64,000 nt of DNA, taken from contig MEDY01000086.1 in NCBI GenBank assembly GCA_001724265.1, forward strand, positions 1 through 64,000, written 5' to 3'. The stretch is from Rhizaria sp. SCN 62-66 (taxonomy: Eukaryota). The position numbers and the translations under genes were made by a program. Below are positions 35,101 to 49,100 of this stretch, piece after piece. Each line of letters starts with the position of its first letter. Position 1 is the stretch's first letter. The notes under the pieces are model-generated. The model was not told the origin of the DNA, did no database searches, and saw only the letters and a program-made list of their open reading frames with translations.

Positions 35101-38100
35101 CTCGTCCCCGACCCTCTGGACCGCGTTCTGACTCGCCATGAGGCCTACCTCAGCTCCCTGCAGGAGCAGGAGACGTGGCTGCGCGTCACCCAGGCCAAGA
35201 TCGCGCGCGCAGGCGCCGACCGCAGCGCCGCGGGCCGCCTCTGCACCGTCGGAGAGAGCCTCGGCAGCGCGATTAGAGCCACTGTGGCCGCGGCGGTCGC
35301 GGCGGAGGCGGCGGCAGAGGCTGCTGCTGCGGAGGCCTCGGCGGCCGAGGCTGCCGCGGCTGACGCGGAGGCAGGAGATGCCGCGACAGGAGCCGATGCT
35401 GATGGTGACGGTGGCCTGGTTGACGAAGACGGTGACGACGCTTGGAGCAAGAGCAATGCTGGCGGCTATGTGACACTCGGTGTTGCCGACCGCGCTATCG
35501 GCTACGGTGCGGGCTACAGGGCTCGCGGCAAGGCCAACGAGAACAACGACGAGGACCAGGGGGATGACGAAGGCGAAGACAACGCAGCTCGGCAGCACCA
35601 GCAGCAGCGGCGTCGTGTTCTGCCTCGCTTTACCTCGACTCCGAAGTCAAGCCGCTCTCGCTTAAACGCGGACAGCAACAACAATGGTAACAACAACGAC
35701 AACAACACTGCTGCCTCAGCGACGGCGGCTGCGACTGAGACCGAGTCGGACGCTAAGGCTTCTCGCAGTCACGACGCACCTGCGAATGCGCAGTCTAAGT
35801 ACCGCCGTGGCAAAGGTAAGTGGTGGTTCTCACTGCCGCATCCAGCTTTCGCACACTACCCGGTGCCCTTTACCGTTGTCGGCGACACTGGCGCAGTAAT
35901 CAACGCTGCTGCCAACGCCGCCGCAGACGCTGCCGTAGCCGCCACATTCAACAACAACGTTGATGACGGCAACAACAACGTGACCACCAGTCATAGCAGC
36001 GATGTGAACACCAGTGTCCGTATTCCGTCGCTGCCACGTGCGTTTGCCACTGCCCGCCGTCGCTGCCTCCGCGGCCACTGCGCTGTGCCCACCACACACG
36101 CACACCACAGTCGCCACTCAGCCGCGCACCACCACAGGTCTAGGCAACCGGCGCGCGCCGTGCACTTAGACGGCGGCGCGGTGCAGTACACGGCCTGGCA
36201 CTCACTGCTGCCGTCCAACGAGAGCGAGCTCGTCCGCCTCGGCCTCGCGCCGCCGCTGCTGCCGCCAGTTCTGCTGCCGGCGCCCGCGGCAGCGGTGGCG
36301 GCGGCCGAGGCGGCGGCCGGCGCGGCGCTGGCTGGCGTCGGCGTGGACAGCAACGACTGGGAGTATTCGCTGGGTTACGGTGACAGTAACAACGCCAACA
36401 GTGCTGCGAACGATGAGGCTGAGGCGGAGGCCGCTGCTGCTGCCGACGCCGCTGCTGCGCTGAACAACGATGGCGATGACAGTGACGATGATGACAGCGC
36501 GTCCGTGGTTGTCTTGGACACAACGGTCGACTCGGTCGCAACTCCCGGCGCGGGCACCCGCTCGAAGGCAGCAAAGGTGAGCGTTAACGCGAACCAGACT
36601 GCCAGTGCAACTGCGAGTCGCAAGCGTTCCTCGTCAGTCTCGTCCTCCGCATCCTCGTCCTCCCTCGCTGCCGCCGCCGCCGCTGCCGCTGCCACTGCTG
36701 GTCTGGGTACTGGAGTCAACGCCTTGTCCCCCGCCGCGGCCGCGCGCCGCCGTCGCCGCGCTCTCCTGCGCGGCGCGGAACTGCGGATGTCCGACTTCCC
36801 TGTCGCCGCCTGCGCGGGTCTGGCCCCGTACAGTGTGACTGACGCGGCCACAGGCCGCCGCTACCGTCACCGCGCCGCGCTGCTGGGCTCTAAGCGCAAG
36901 TCGAGCGCCCGCAGCAGCTGTGACAACGGCGAGTGCGACTGCGAAGGCAACGGGGATGACGATGACGACGATGATGATGACGACGACAGCAACAACAATG
37001 TTGCAAGCGCTCTCTTTGCGCTGCCGACGCTGCTCGTCGTCGCCCGTTTGCGCCACGTGAGCGTCACTCTCCACGACGAGACGACGCGCACGGCGCTGCT
37101 GCTGGCGTCTGCGCGCTCGCTCATCGCTGAGGCCGACATGCGCGACGCGGCCGGGCTGCGCGCGCGATGCTCGCTGTCTGCCGTCGACGTGCTCGACACC
37201 AGGGCCACGTCGCGCGCGCTGCGGGCTGCACTCACCGAGGGCGGCAGCACTCTGGCGGCCATCGTGCGCCGCAACCTCACCGGCGAAACGCACCAGCACC
37301 ACCCTAGCTACGGCAATAACGGCTCTAGCGCGAATTGCGGCGGCGATATGGTTGTGGTGGCGCCTGTCAGTGTGCTGTCCCGCAGGTCTCTGGCCGAGGA
37401 CGGCAGCGCACCGCTGCTTGCGGTGGAAATCTCCCAGCTCAAGGACAGGCGCGGAGTGCTTACGGTCACTGCCCACGGCGGCCTTCGATCGCGCTCACAC
37501 GCGAACACCTCTGCGAACACTGGCGAAAGCGACAGCAACGCTGACTATGACAGCAACTACACGGACGGCGACAACGCCAGTTCCTACAGTGTGAGAAGCA
37601 CTCGCTCTCACCGCGGCACCGCCTCTGCAACTCGCAGCAGCGCGGGCAAGCCGCCATGGCAGCAACTGCAGCGGCAGTGGCCGTCGCTGGCGCGTCTCCC
37701 TCCGCACGCGGCCCTCCTGCCCGGCGGCCCCCGCGCCGTTGCCGTGGCCGAGCGGGCGCTGATGGCGTCGTTGTTGCGGCGCGAGCGGGAGGCCGAGCGC
37801 GGACTGCTGCTGGAGCACGACATCGCCATCGCCGCACGGCTGCGGTCACTCAAGTTTACGCTTGACCCCGGGTTTGTGGTCGACTTGGTCAAGTTCGCGA
37901 AAACGCTTGCCAGTGTGAATGCAAGCACGAGCAGCGCTGCTGAGAGCAACTGTGATGCAAGTCGCAGTGATGCTGCAGCGAGCAACGATGCTAGAAATGA
38001 TAGCAAGAAGGAGACAGGTGAAAATAGCAAGCCTACTCCGGATGCTACTACGAACAGTAGTTCGCATGTGTCCGCGTCGCTTATCTCCGCAAAGATCATG

Positions 38101-41100
38101 CTTAACAACCCGCTTATTCTTATTCCGATCACGAACAGTGGTAGCATCAGCAGCTCGACTCCATCTGCTGGCTCCTGCAGCGCAAAGAATGCCACTGTTG
38201 CTGACGCTCTGGCAACTGCTGCCTCGGCCGTCGCCGCTGCCACTGCCGCTGCTGAAGGCGCGGATGCTAAGAGCTCCCCTGTTGACTCTAATGCAACCAC
38301 ACCTGATGCCGGCGGGAGCACCCCCGGCCCAGGGCAAAGCAAGCGTTCGTCGTTCGCGAATGCTTACAAGGCCCGCAAGACGCCTCAGACTCCGTCTCAA
38401 CCTAAGACTCAGTCTCAGACTCCGAATCAGAGTCAAACCCAGACTCCCGATGCTAATGCTGCTGCACCTGTGGCAAGCTCGGCCTACGAGTACTTTGTTC
38501 TCGACTTAGGCAGCTTCGATGTATCCACAACGGCAGTGTTGTCTCTCAGCAACACGCAGATTCTGCTGCCGCTGCTCTCGGCACCACCTGTGTTCGAGTC
38601 CGGCGCTGACTACCTCCTGCCGAATCTCAGCGCGCCCGCCAGCGGTGGTGCGAGCGTCACTGCTGCAGAAGTCAGCTCCGGTGCCGGCGGTGTGAAGAGC
38701 GGACCTAGCAGTCCTGTGGCGACGTCATCGAAGCCATCAAAGGCTGCGAGTGCTGCCGTTGCCTCGGCTGCGTCCGCTAGCAACAGCAACGACAACAGTG
38801 CGATCAGCAACAACAAGTTGTTCACAGCCACAGATGAAAGCACGCTCAATGACATCGACGTCATCGACAGTGCGCGTGCCGCTGACACGACGGCCATGAA
38901 TGACGGCGACGACATCACCGGAGACAGCAACAGCAACGACCTCGCATTACCTAGTGCGACGATTGCGAGAGACACTAGAGCTGTTGACGTAGAAACGACT
39001 CTGCCTGCTGTCGGCCTCAACGATGTCGATACGGCAGCGGCGGATGGAGATAGCAGCGATCTGCCCGCTGCAGCCACCGCGACGTCGGCAAAGGCGGTGA
39101 CTGCCACAGTCAACGAGCCCTCTTCATTCCCGCTGCACTCTCGCGTCCACGGCGTCTACAACACTCTCGCTGCGTCCTCGCTGGCGCCCTCCACAGCGCC
39201 GCTGCCCTTCGCCTCCGCAGTAGCGACGCCGTACCAGCTGGCGACGTGGTGCCCGCCGTTGCTGACCACTGCGCTGGCGCCGCTCATGCGCACGGAAGTG
39301 ACGGTGAGCGCGCTCAGGGTGACGCATCTAAGGGTGCAGCAGGAGCGGCTAAGTACCCGCGTGACGCTCACGCCCTTAGAAAACAGCAGCGGCGTCAGTA
39401 GCAACAACGCAAGCAACAACCACGCGTATCTGTACTACAACGATATTGCGCCGACGAATGTCAGCTCTGTTCTCTTTGCACCGCAATCGCCTTTTGGGCC
39501 AGCAAGCGCGGTCTCTGCTGCTGCGAGTAGCAATATTATGCGGAGCGGCTCGAAGGCACAGCATCAACAGCAGTTAATCCAGCAACAGCAGGCGTTCGGT
39601 GCGATGACTCCCTTGCGTACGCATGGTGGCTTAACTTCCGCCGGCGTCCTCGCCTCTCCCGTCGTGGTCGCTGCCTCTCCGTCAGTGCCCCACTCTCTGA
39701 TGACGCCTCTCGGCGCCGGGAGCCGCCGCAATAGCACAACTGCCGGCGGCGGCTTGCCTTTGACTGCAACGCGCCCTCATCCTCCTTCCCGCACTACGAC
39801 TGCGGCGAGTGGAGCTGCAACGCCGCTGCCGAACAGCAGCGTCCCGTTCTCGTCCCCCGGTCCTGGCATGCTTTCATCAGGCCACTTAGGCGGATTCGCG
39901 CCTATGACGACTCCGCTGCGCTCCTCCGCCTTTGCGCCCGCACACAGTGCTGCCACACCGGCGACTGGCACTTCAACTGTTCCTGCAGCCGCGCCTGCAA
40001 CGCCAGCAGCGTCAGCATCCACGGCGAGTACTGTGAGCAGCGCAGTGTGCAATAGCACTGAGCCGCTGGTGCCGTACTACCACACGCGCGCCAAGCACCT
40101 GATCGAGGAAGTGACCGTGAGCGCGCGCGTCACGACGCCGCTGTGCCGCGCCGTCACCGCGCGCAGCCCCGCGCTGTCCGTGGCCGCGGCCGTGTCGTCC
40201 GTGGCGGTGCTTGTGGACACGGACGACATCAAGACGCTCGCGGGGATGGTCGTGACCGCGATTGCGCCGATCCTCGCCATTCTTAACGACAACAGCTGCG
40301 ATGCTTGTAGAGAGCACAGCTATCGTTCTGCGACTGGCGACAAAACTACCTGTAGCGAGGAAAGTGCCCCCAGCGATGGTGTTGCCGTGAGCGATAACGA
40401 AACTGCGCCTGAGGAGCAGAAGAGCGACGCGGCTAGCGGCGTAACTTCCGCAAAGCGCAGTTCGGCTGCCGTGGGCGCGGCATCTCTCTGGGGACTGCCT
40501 GTGGTTCCGAGCAGCAGCCAGAGCAGCAGCAAAATGTCGCTGTTCAGCCCCATTCGTAACCGCAGCAACACTAACGCGGCGGATTACTACAGCAGTTATG
40601 CTGACATTGCTGAGTCGAAGGACGATCAGTCACTGTACGGCGATTTAAGTTCCCCGGGCGCGAACGTAAGTACCCAGATCGAGCTTATGTGGATCGGTGA
40701 CGCTCTCGCGCTCGGGCCTGTCCTTGGGCTTGGACATGGTCAAAGTTTAAGTACCCCCTTACACGCTGGTAGCTTCTTTCACCGCGCCTCTGGTGCTGCT
40801 CCCGATGCGGCACTCACACCAAGTCTTAGTACCTTGCTATCGTTTGACTTCAACCCCCTCGACTCCGCAGCTGTTCTTGCAGCGGCCTCGGACAACACTG
40901 TCCCTAGCACGGCGAATGCGACCGCTGCAGCTACCACTGACAGCAAGGACGCCGATTCTGCCGAGAGCGCTGCTGCTGCTTCTGCTGCCGCGACGACTGT
41001 GCCTCCTGTGTTGCCGCCCTTGTCACTACTTGCGCAACGGCCCATGCCGACGCTGTGGCCCTCTCTGCTTCTTACGGCGGCAGCCAACAACAACAACAAC

Positions 41101-43115
41101 AACAACAACAACAGCAGCAACAACAACATGGCTGGCTCCCCGGCTGCCGTCTCCTTCGCCGCCGCTGCCTCTGCCGCTGCTGATGGCAGCTTGACTGGCG
41201 TTCAGACTGGATTCTTCGCTGACATCGAGACCGAGTCTGGACTGGCTGGCTTCAGTTTAGAGACTCGTGACGTTGGCGCTGGTTCTGATAGCGACTCCCG
41301 GAGCCACAGCCACAGCTACGGTCACGGCTACTATGGCCGTAACGCGGTTGGTGCCGAGGACGGCGGTGATGACAGTGCGAGTGAGTACGACTACGACGAA
41401 GACGAGGATGACAGTGACGAGGTTGACGGCGTTGGCTATGTCAGCGACGGCGACGACAGTGGCAGCGACTATGGAAGCAGTTTTGGCTACAACGGCTACG
41501 GGTATCGTTTCGGCTTCAATGGAAGCGAAAGTCAGTTCTATGTCGATGGCAATATTAACCACGACTACCAGAATGAGAACACCAATCCCAACGACATTGA
41601 TGTGTATCTCAGTAGCAGTGACTCTGACAACTACTCTCTGCACCACCGCAAGACCGTGGGCAACGACAGTGATGATACCGATAACAACTCGGATGTGCTT
41701 AGTCTCAGTCTCGGCAGCAGTGTTGGCAGCGGCAGCATTGGCAACAACGACGAAAACAACGACTCGGCGCGGGGTGCTTTGAAGTCAGGTCGCGTTGACA
41801 ACAAGTCAAGCCGTCCTGGATTTGACCGCTATCGCACTGCCTATGACGGCAGCAACACTGACACTGGTCAACAGCAGAGTCGTTACAACCTCAACGCGGG
41901 CGCTGACACCCACTCCGTCACAAACTCCCCCTTCGTCTCGCCCACCAACGCGGCTGCGACCGCGAGTGCGAACGCGATCGCCAGCAACAGTGCCGCCGCC
42001 GCCTCCGCCGCGGCGACGGCCGCGAGCGTCCGCCGCGCCCTCCGCCGGCGCCGCCGCCGCGTCGCCGCCTCGGTGCTCGGCGCGCGCGAGGAGGCCACTG
42101 CGCTGGGCCTCGCGGCCGCCGTGAGCTACGACACTGTCGTCGCGGCGCGGCAGCTCTACCGCAGCGCAGTGGAAGAGAGCCTCGAGAGGCAGGCCGTGGC
42201 CGCGTGGCTGCGCGCACTGGACCTCTCTGCCAGTGTCAGCTCGGACAGCGGTGCTGCTGCTGCTAACGCCCAGACGGTGGGATCCCCTTCACGGCAGTCG
42301 TCGCCTGTCAGCGTGAACGCCAAGACTAGCGTCGACAGCAATGCCACGCCTAGTGCCACCGCTAATGCTGCTGCTGCTGCTGCTGCTGCTGCCGTCTCAG
42401 CTGTTGTCGCTGCTGCGGTTGGGTCGCGTCAGCAGCACTTAGACCTGCGCCAGTTGTACTTACAGTCGGAAGAGCGGCTGCTATCTGAGGTCCCGTCGGT
42501 GGCGCTCACGGTCACCCTGGCGCGCTTCAGCGTCGAGCTGTGGGCCGTCAACGTGCCCACGGTCACCGCGCCTGTGCCAGTGTCGCGCTTCAACAGCCAG
42601 TACAACGCGCTGGTGCAGGCGCTCTTCACCCCGCCGCCGCTGCACTTGCTTCCCAACAGCGCCAACTCGACCGCCAGTGCGAACAGTGGCGTCGCTAGTG
42701 CTGCGCATGTGAGTGGCAGTCCTTCAGACCCCATGACCCCAGTTCTGAGCAACACCAGCAGCGTCAGCAACGCCGCTAACGCTGGTGCGAGCGCCGTCGC
42801 CGGCTCTGGCGTCAGCGCCGCTGCGGCCGCCGCGTGGCGAGACAACCAGCCTTCGCCGCGTCACCGCGAAAACATGCGCAGCATCAGCAGCAGCATCGTT
42901 GCTATTAACAACAGCAACAACAGCAAGAGCTCGACGTCGACGTCGACGCAAGGCTTGCGTGCGCTGTCGCCGACTTCTGCGTCGAACGGTGGCCAGAGCA
43001 TTTCACTCCGCGGCTTCACGTTCGGCGGCAACGACAATGCCGCGACAAACGGCAACGGCCACAATGGTGTCGATAATGGCCGAACGTCGTTCGCAAGAGC
43101 TGCCCCTGCGCCCAT

Positions 43116-43151
<36 letters not shown>

Positions 43152-46100
43152 CGGCGTCTCGTCTGCTAGCATTAGCAGTGCGCCAAGTGCGTTCACGTAC
43201 ATGGGCCGTGCTATCACCAACGACCTCGCCGCCTCTCTGTGGCCCGCTGCACCGCCCTCAAACATCGGCGTCAACGGGAGCTACAACAGCACATCAACGG
43301 CCTCTGCGGCGACCACGCTGCCACCTCCTCTGTCGCTACCTGTGGTGCGCTTCTCCCTCTCCGGTCTGGCCGCCGCTCTCGAAGTTAGGCCGCTGCAGGA
43401 CACGGTCCTCCTTAAGGCCGAGGTCGCCGCAGTGACCGTGCGCGACCTGCGGCCCGACTGCTCACACCCGGCGTTCCGCACCATCTTCTCGGTCCAGGAC
43501 AAGGCGCGCCGCGTCCAGAGGCGCCAGCTGCGGGCACACAGGAAGCAGCAGCTGCAGCAGGCGCGCTCGAACGCGGCCGCCGCCGCTGCTGCTGCTCGTG
43601 CCCACGCCCGCGCGGTCGCTGCTGCTGCAGCGGCCGCCGCAGCGGCAGCGGCTCACAGTCACCAACGCGGGAGTAAGTGGAGCGGTGTAAGTACTGGCTC
43701 GTCGGCCGGAGGTCTAAGTACCTCTGCAGTCGGTGCTCATCACCGTCTAAGCGGTGGAATGCCGCACAGCCCTCAGAAGCTCCCCAACCTCATCGACACC
43801 CGCAATCACCCCTACAATTTCAGCTTCCCTCCCCCCGAGCAGCAGCACCAGTTCTCCTAGTACCAGCAACAGATGAGCCAGCAGCTGCTGCACCAGACGC
43901 CCTACGACGAGCGCAGCTCCGTCTCGGGTGCCACGTTCCCCATCAAGCGCGAATTCGGCATCGCGCTGGCTACCCACCCGCTGCCTTTTTTAGACCGGCC
44001 CAAGGACGCCGAGCTGCTCGGCAAGGTGCGCCGTCGCCAGGCGCGCCGGCTGAGGCAAATCGCGTCCTTTTTCCCCGCCAACGCGCACGCCCGCGGCCAC
44101 GGCCGCGGGCTCGCTGCGCACAGCAGCCGCAACGCTGGTGACGGCGGCAGTGGCGCGCTTGGCGGCGCCTCTGGCACGGGCAAGGCGTTCTTTGCGGCTA
44201 AAAACACGTTCTCAGTCGAGGGCGATGGCAATAGCAACGCTGGCGGCGCTGGTCACGGCCACGGCCACGGTATCGGTCTCGGCGACGGCTCCGACACCGA
44301 CGCTGCCGCTGCTGCGAACGATCTGTACGGCCAGTACTACGACTGCGGCGACGACGACTTTCATCACAACAGCCGCAGCCCCCCGCGCAACTACAGCACG
44401 TACTACGCCAACACCGCCGCGAACGCTGGCGTCGCAGTTGGCGCCCACGGCCACGGCTCCTCGCAGACCAATGCCCGCAGCAAAAGCAGCAACAACCCGT
44501 GGGGCGCGGAGGCCGACTTTTTCGGAACCCCTGTCTCCGGCACAGGCGCCGCCGCCGCTGCAGCCGCCGCGACGGCGACCGTGATCGCCGCCGCGGCACA
44601 GCGGGGGCTGGTGCCGGTCGCCACCGCTACGAGCGGGGCTGGCGGCGCGAATGTCGGCCGTCGCGGTTCCCGTTCGCTGTGGTCGCCGCATCAATACCAG
44701 CGGGCACGGAAGCCGCGGCAGCAACGCCCCAGCCGCAGTCCCAGTCGCCGCAACAGCCAGTCTCACATCCACGCTCATGGACACGGTGGCGGTGGCGGCA
44801 GAGACAGTCTGATGTCTGCGGAGTGGGGCAGCGTCTGGTCCATGCAGAGCGACGGCGACCAACACAGCAACCCGGGCGGCAGCGGACGTGGCGGCAGCGA
44901 CAGCGAGCTGAGCGCTGACCAGGAGGCCGAGGAAGAGGCGGCCTGGGGCGACGGGTTCAACTTAAGCCGGCTGTGCCGCCACCACGTGTCGTCCGGCAGT
45001 GACGCGTCGGACTCTGAGGGCCACGGCAGCAGCAGCGACAGTGAGAATAGTGGCTGCGACAACGAAGACAGCGACAACGACGACGATGACGACGATGACG
45101 GCGACGACGATGACGACGACGCGAGCGCTAGCAATGACAACGGTCTCAACATCGCATTTGCCGCTCTGCAAACCGCGCACGCGCGCGCAAAGTCGACCCA
45201 CACCAGCAGCAGTAGTGGTAGCAATGCCACGACTGCTGCCGCCGCAGCTGCAGCGGCCGCGGTTGCCTCAGCCGTGTCCGCCGCCGCTGCCGCCGCGTCT
45301 GCCGTTACCGGCACTGGCAGTGGCCCTCTTGAACTGGCCTTCAACCCGTCTAGCTTTGGCCTCGACCCCGCGTCCCTGTCTCTGGCGCTGACGACCGCGG
45401 CCACGCACTTCGCCCGCGGCCGCGCATTCGTGCGCGCAGCGGCGAGGGCCCGCGCTGCGGCGGCCGCGGCAGAGGCCGAGGTCGGCTCCGGCGCCGGCAG
45501 TGAAGGCTCTCTGTCATCATTGCCGCACAGCGCCATGGCGGCGACAGTTGTCTCGGCCATCACCGCGTCGCCGTCGCGCACTAAGCACAACCACGGCCAC
45601 ATGCCTGTCTACGCGCACGCGCACGCCCACGGCCCGAAGCACGGTGGCCGGCCGCCGCATCACCCGGCCAGCGGCGTCGGCGCTGGCGCTGGTGCTGCCG
45701 TCAGAGCGGGCGCGGGATCGGCCGCGTCTGTCGGCCACGGCTTTGCTCCTGTGGCTCTCAAGAGGCAGCTGAGTGCTGGGCAGCAGCGCCGCATGAGTGT
45801 CACTACTCCAGCTGTTAACTCCGCCTCCGCTGAATCGAACGCGAACACTGGCGTCGCTAACCTGGGCTGCGAGAGCAGCAACAACAGCAACATCGGCGTG
45901 AATGCGATCGCGAGTGCGTCCGTGGCCGAGCCCATCGCGGGCACTTTGCTGCGCCGCCGTCTCTACAGGGCCCTCTTCGGCCGCTCCCGCACGCACCAGT
46001 TTGGCTACTTCGCCGCCCGCAACCACATTGACTACGCGCTGCACTGTCTCTCCAACAGCAACGCGGCCAGCGCTGGCGTCGGCACGGTGACCGTGCTGAG

Positions 46101-49100
46101 GCCTGCGCAGCGCCCGTCTCCGCTGCCGCCGCTGCTGCCGGTGGCCTCTGTCATTGGATTGATGCCAGTGTGTACCTATTCGACCGGTGGCGCCGTGCAC
46201 AGTCACTCCCAGGCCCAGCAGCAGCAGCAGCAGGGCTTCTATGGCTTTGCGGCGCCGGTGTGTGGTATCGAAGTCAAGCCGGCCCTGTCGGTGTCGCTCG
46301 TCACCAAGACTGTGACCCCCGTTGCGCCCTACGACGCTGACGTCATCAAGACTCTCAACGCCCTTAGCACGCCTGTGGACAGTCTAAGTGCCCCCTTAGA
46401 CCGCGCCGCGGCCCCCGCAGAGTCGGCGTGGTTGCACCCACTCGCCCCGCTCTCGGGGCTCGCTGCACCGACCCGTCTGCCCGCTGCCCCGGCGCTGCCC
46501 CCGCTGGCGGGCCGCGACACGCGCCTCGAGACCACTCTGCGCACGCCCGCGGTCACGGTCTCGCCCGGCCTCGTCGCCGCGCTGGTTGAGCTCATCGCGG
46601 GGCTGCAGTCGAGCGTTGAAGCGGCCGCTGCGGTCGCCACCAAGGCGCTGTCCACCCCCACTAAGGAGACGGAAGCTAAGTCGCCACAGGGCAGCTCAGG
46701 AGTTAAGCCGTCGTCGACCACAGCCTCCGAGTCTGCAGCGGGGGCGCCGCCTGCGCTCCCCCTGCTGCCTGCGCCGGCGGTCATATCCCCGCCGCTGCCC
46801 GTGTCCGTCTCTGGCACGACGGAGATCACACTGCGCCTGCGCAAGGCGAGGATGACAATTTTTTCAGAACCCTCCGTCCCGCGCTTGCGCGTGCCGCCCC
46901 GTGTGTGGCGTGAGATTGCAGTCGCCACGGCCAACGCCGCCGCCACCGGCGGTCTCAACAGCAGTGTGAACAACGCAAGCGGCAACGCGGGTGTTCTGAC
47001 ACCGAACAGTGGCAATGCTGCGAATCTCATTGCTGGCGCCGTGCCCAATATCTCGGCCGTCCCAGGCACCCCGCGCGGTGGAGGCCTAACTTCCTTCACT
47101 GCCGCTGCGGCGACGCGGCTGGGAACCCCGAAGAATGCGAACCGCTTGCATCGAGGCCGGCCCTCATTCTCTGCTGACCCTGCCTCGGTCGCTGCCGCAG
47201 CGGCCGCCACTGCTTCCGCCAAGAACAACGCGACCGCGAACCAAGCTGCTCCCGGTAAGTTGCCTAACACTGGCTCTGGGTCGAGCTCCAACACCAGCGC
47301 CTCTGCTAACAACAGCAATGCCTCAGCCAACCCGACCGCTGCCGCGAGCGTGTCTGGTGCCGGTCTGTCCAACACTGCGAACGCGCTCGCGGCCGCGCCG
47401 TCGCTGCGCACCCTGGCCCTGCTCGCCGCCCCGCCCTCCCGCCGCCGCCTCCGCGGCCTGTGCCTCGGCCTCTCCGTTGCGGCCACAGTCGCCGTCGCGC
47501 CGAGTGGCTCCGTTGCTGTAAGCGGGCGGCTCGCCGGCGCCCAGCTCTGGCTGTGCCTCAATGGCACCGGCGCGACCGTGAGCAGCGTGATGGGCAGTGC
47601 GATCACTAACGCCAGCGCCAGTGCGAATGCCGGTGCGGGCGCGAATGTGAGCACGAACAAGAGCGGCGCCGGTGTGATTATGCCTCTGTTCGAGACGCCA
47701 GTGCAGGTCGCGGTGCAACTCGCACTTACGCCTGAGACTGTCTCAATCTCCACTAACAACAGCCAAAGCAAGTCTAGTAGCACTGCGCAGAACGGCAGCG
47801 CGAACGTAGAGCCCGAACTCCTTGCCTCGGCCATTCTCGCCACCGCTGCCGACGCCGCTACTGCAAACGTAGCTGTCAATCCCGAGCTTAACTCTCGCGC
47901 CGCACGTGCGAGTGTATCTACCGCAGCTGCGGCCGTCGCGGCGGGCGTTGCGGTGGGCAACAAAAGCGGGCTGTGCAACTGGCTGGCCGCGACGCCGACA
48001 CAAGTCGCGGCGCTGCTGCAGGCGCGCGCTGCGCCGCCGCTGCCGCCCAGACTGCTGCAGCGGCGCGGCATTGTCCTCTGCCACCACAACAACACTACCG
48101 CTGCTGATGGTAGTCCTCATGTGAGTGGAAGCAATGACAGCGGGGCGAAGAACACTGTGAACGCGACGCACGCGCGCGTTGCTGTCTCGACGATCGAGAT
48201 GTTCGTGTCGTTGCTGCAGCTATCAACAATGATGAAGCTTGGCGATGCGTACACTTCTGCGCTCGCAGCACAGACGCGGAGCACCAGCAGTGACACTGCT
48301 AACGACGATGACAACAAGAACGCGAAGCCGGCGAACAGCGGCCCCACTGCTAAGGCGACTGTACCTGCTGCAACCGCTGCGACGACGACTGCGGTGGCCG
48401 TGAGTACAGCTGCTCCCGAGCCCCCAACCTCTCCCCTGGCTGGCCTATCTGAGTTTTTCGGGACCGTGGTCGCCAGCCTTGGCGCAGTGCGTATCGTATT
48501 CCTGAACGACTCCCCCGGATACCACACGCCTCTGCTCGCGTTGCGGTTGTCACACACAACGCTCACGCTTGCCGGCGATAAGCCTCCGCAGCCCAAGAGC
48601 GCCGCACTAAGTACCCCCTTAGACGGTGTGAGTGCGTTGCGCGCGCAGCCAGGCCCACTCACTTCAAGTCACACGAGCAGCTACAATAGCAATGACGCCA
48701 GTATCAACACGAACGCATTGTCACTGCTGTCTCACTCGAACTCGCAGTCGCAGGTGTCTCTGCTGACCTCGTCTGCCGCATCAGTTGTTGCCTCTGCTGT
48801 CGCGCTATCGGCCCCTGCCCCCGCAGTGCTGATCCTCGATCTCCGCTGCGCGCTGGACTGCTTTAACTCCGAGCTCAGCTCCTGGGAGCCCTTCCTCGAG
48901 CAGTGGGCGCTCGAGCTCTGCGCCTCCCCGTCCACTCTGCTCGTCCGCTCAGCGCACCCGCTGCTGCTCACAGTCTCCGCCCCCGCGGTCTCCGCGGCAG
49001 CCACGGCCGGCGCGGGACTGGGCCGCACTGTGGCCGTGGCCGCGGCTGCCGGCGCGCGCGGGCGGGCAATGCGCGCACTGAAGGCATACAGCGCGCACAT

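Noticed and set aside
43687-43860. A 174-nt phase-0 intron (GTAAGT...TTCTCCTAG) that would remove the second TAG
   Set aside because: Formally possible and of normal intron length, so it is not excluded. It is disfavoured because the segment is GC-rich, reads as open coding sequence, has several competing CAGs just upstream, uses a donor unlike the GTACG of the modelled introns, and the TAG is flanked by Gln codons on both sides. RNA-seq is needed.
26599-43860. The 5,753-aa ORF as a stand-alone gene
   Set aside because: It has no promoter or UTR-like flanks and is in frame with the VPS13 N-terminal and C-terminal domains on either side.
26566-43860. Pyrrolysine or selenocysteine recoding
   Set aside because: Sec uses UGA, Pyl is not known in eukaryotes, and the codons lie in disordered Gln tracts rather than catalytic sites.
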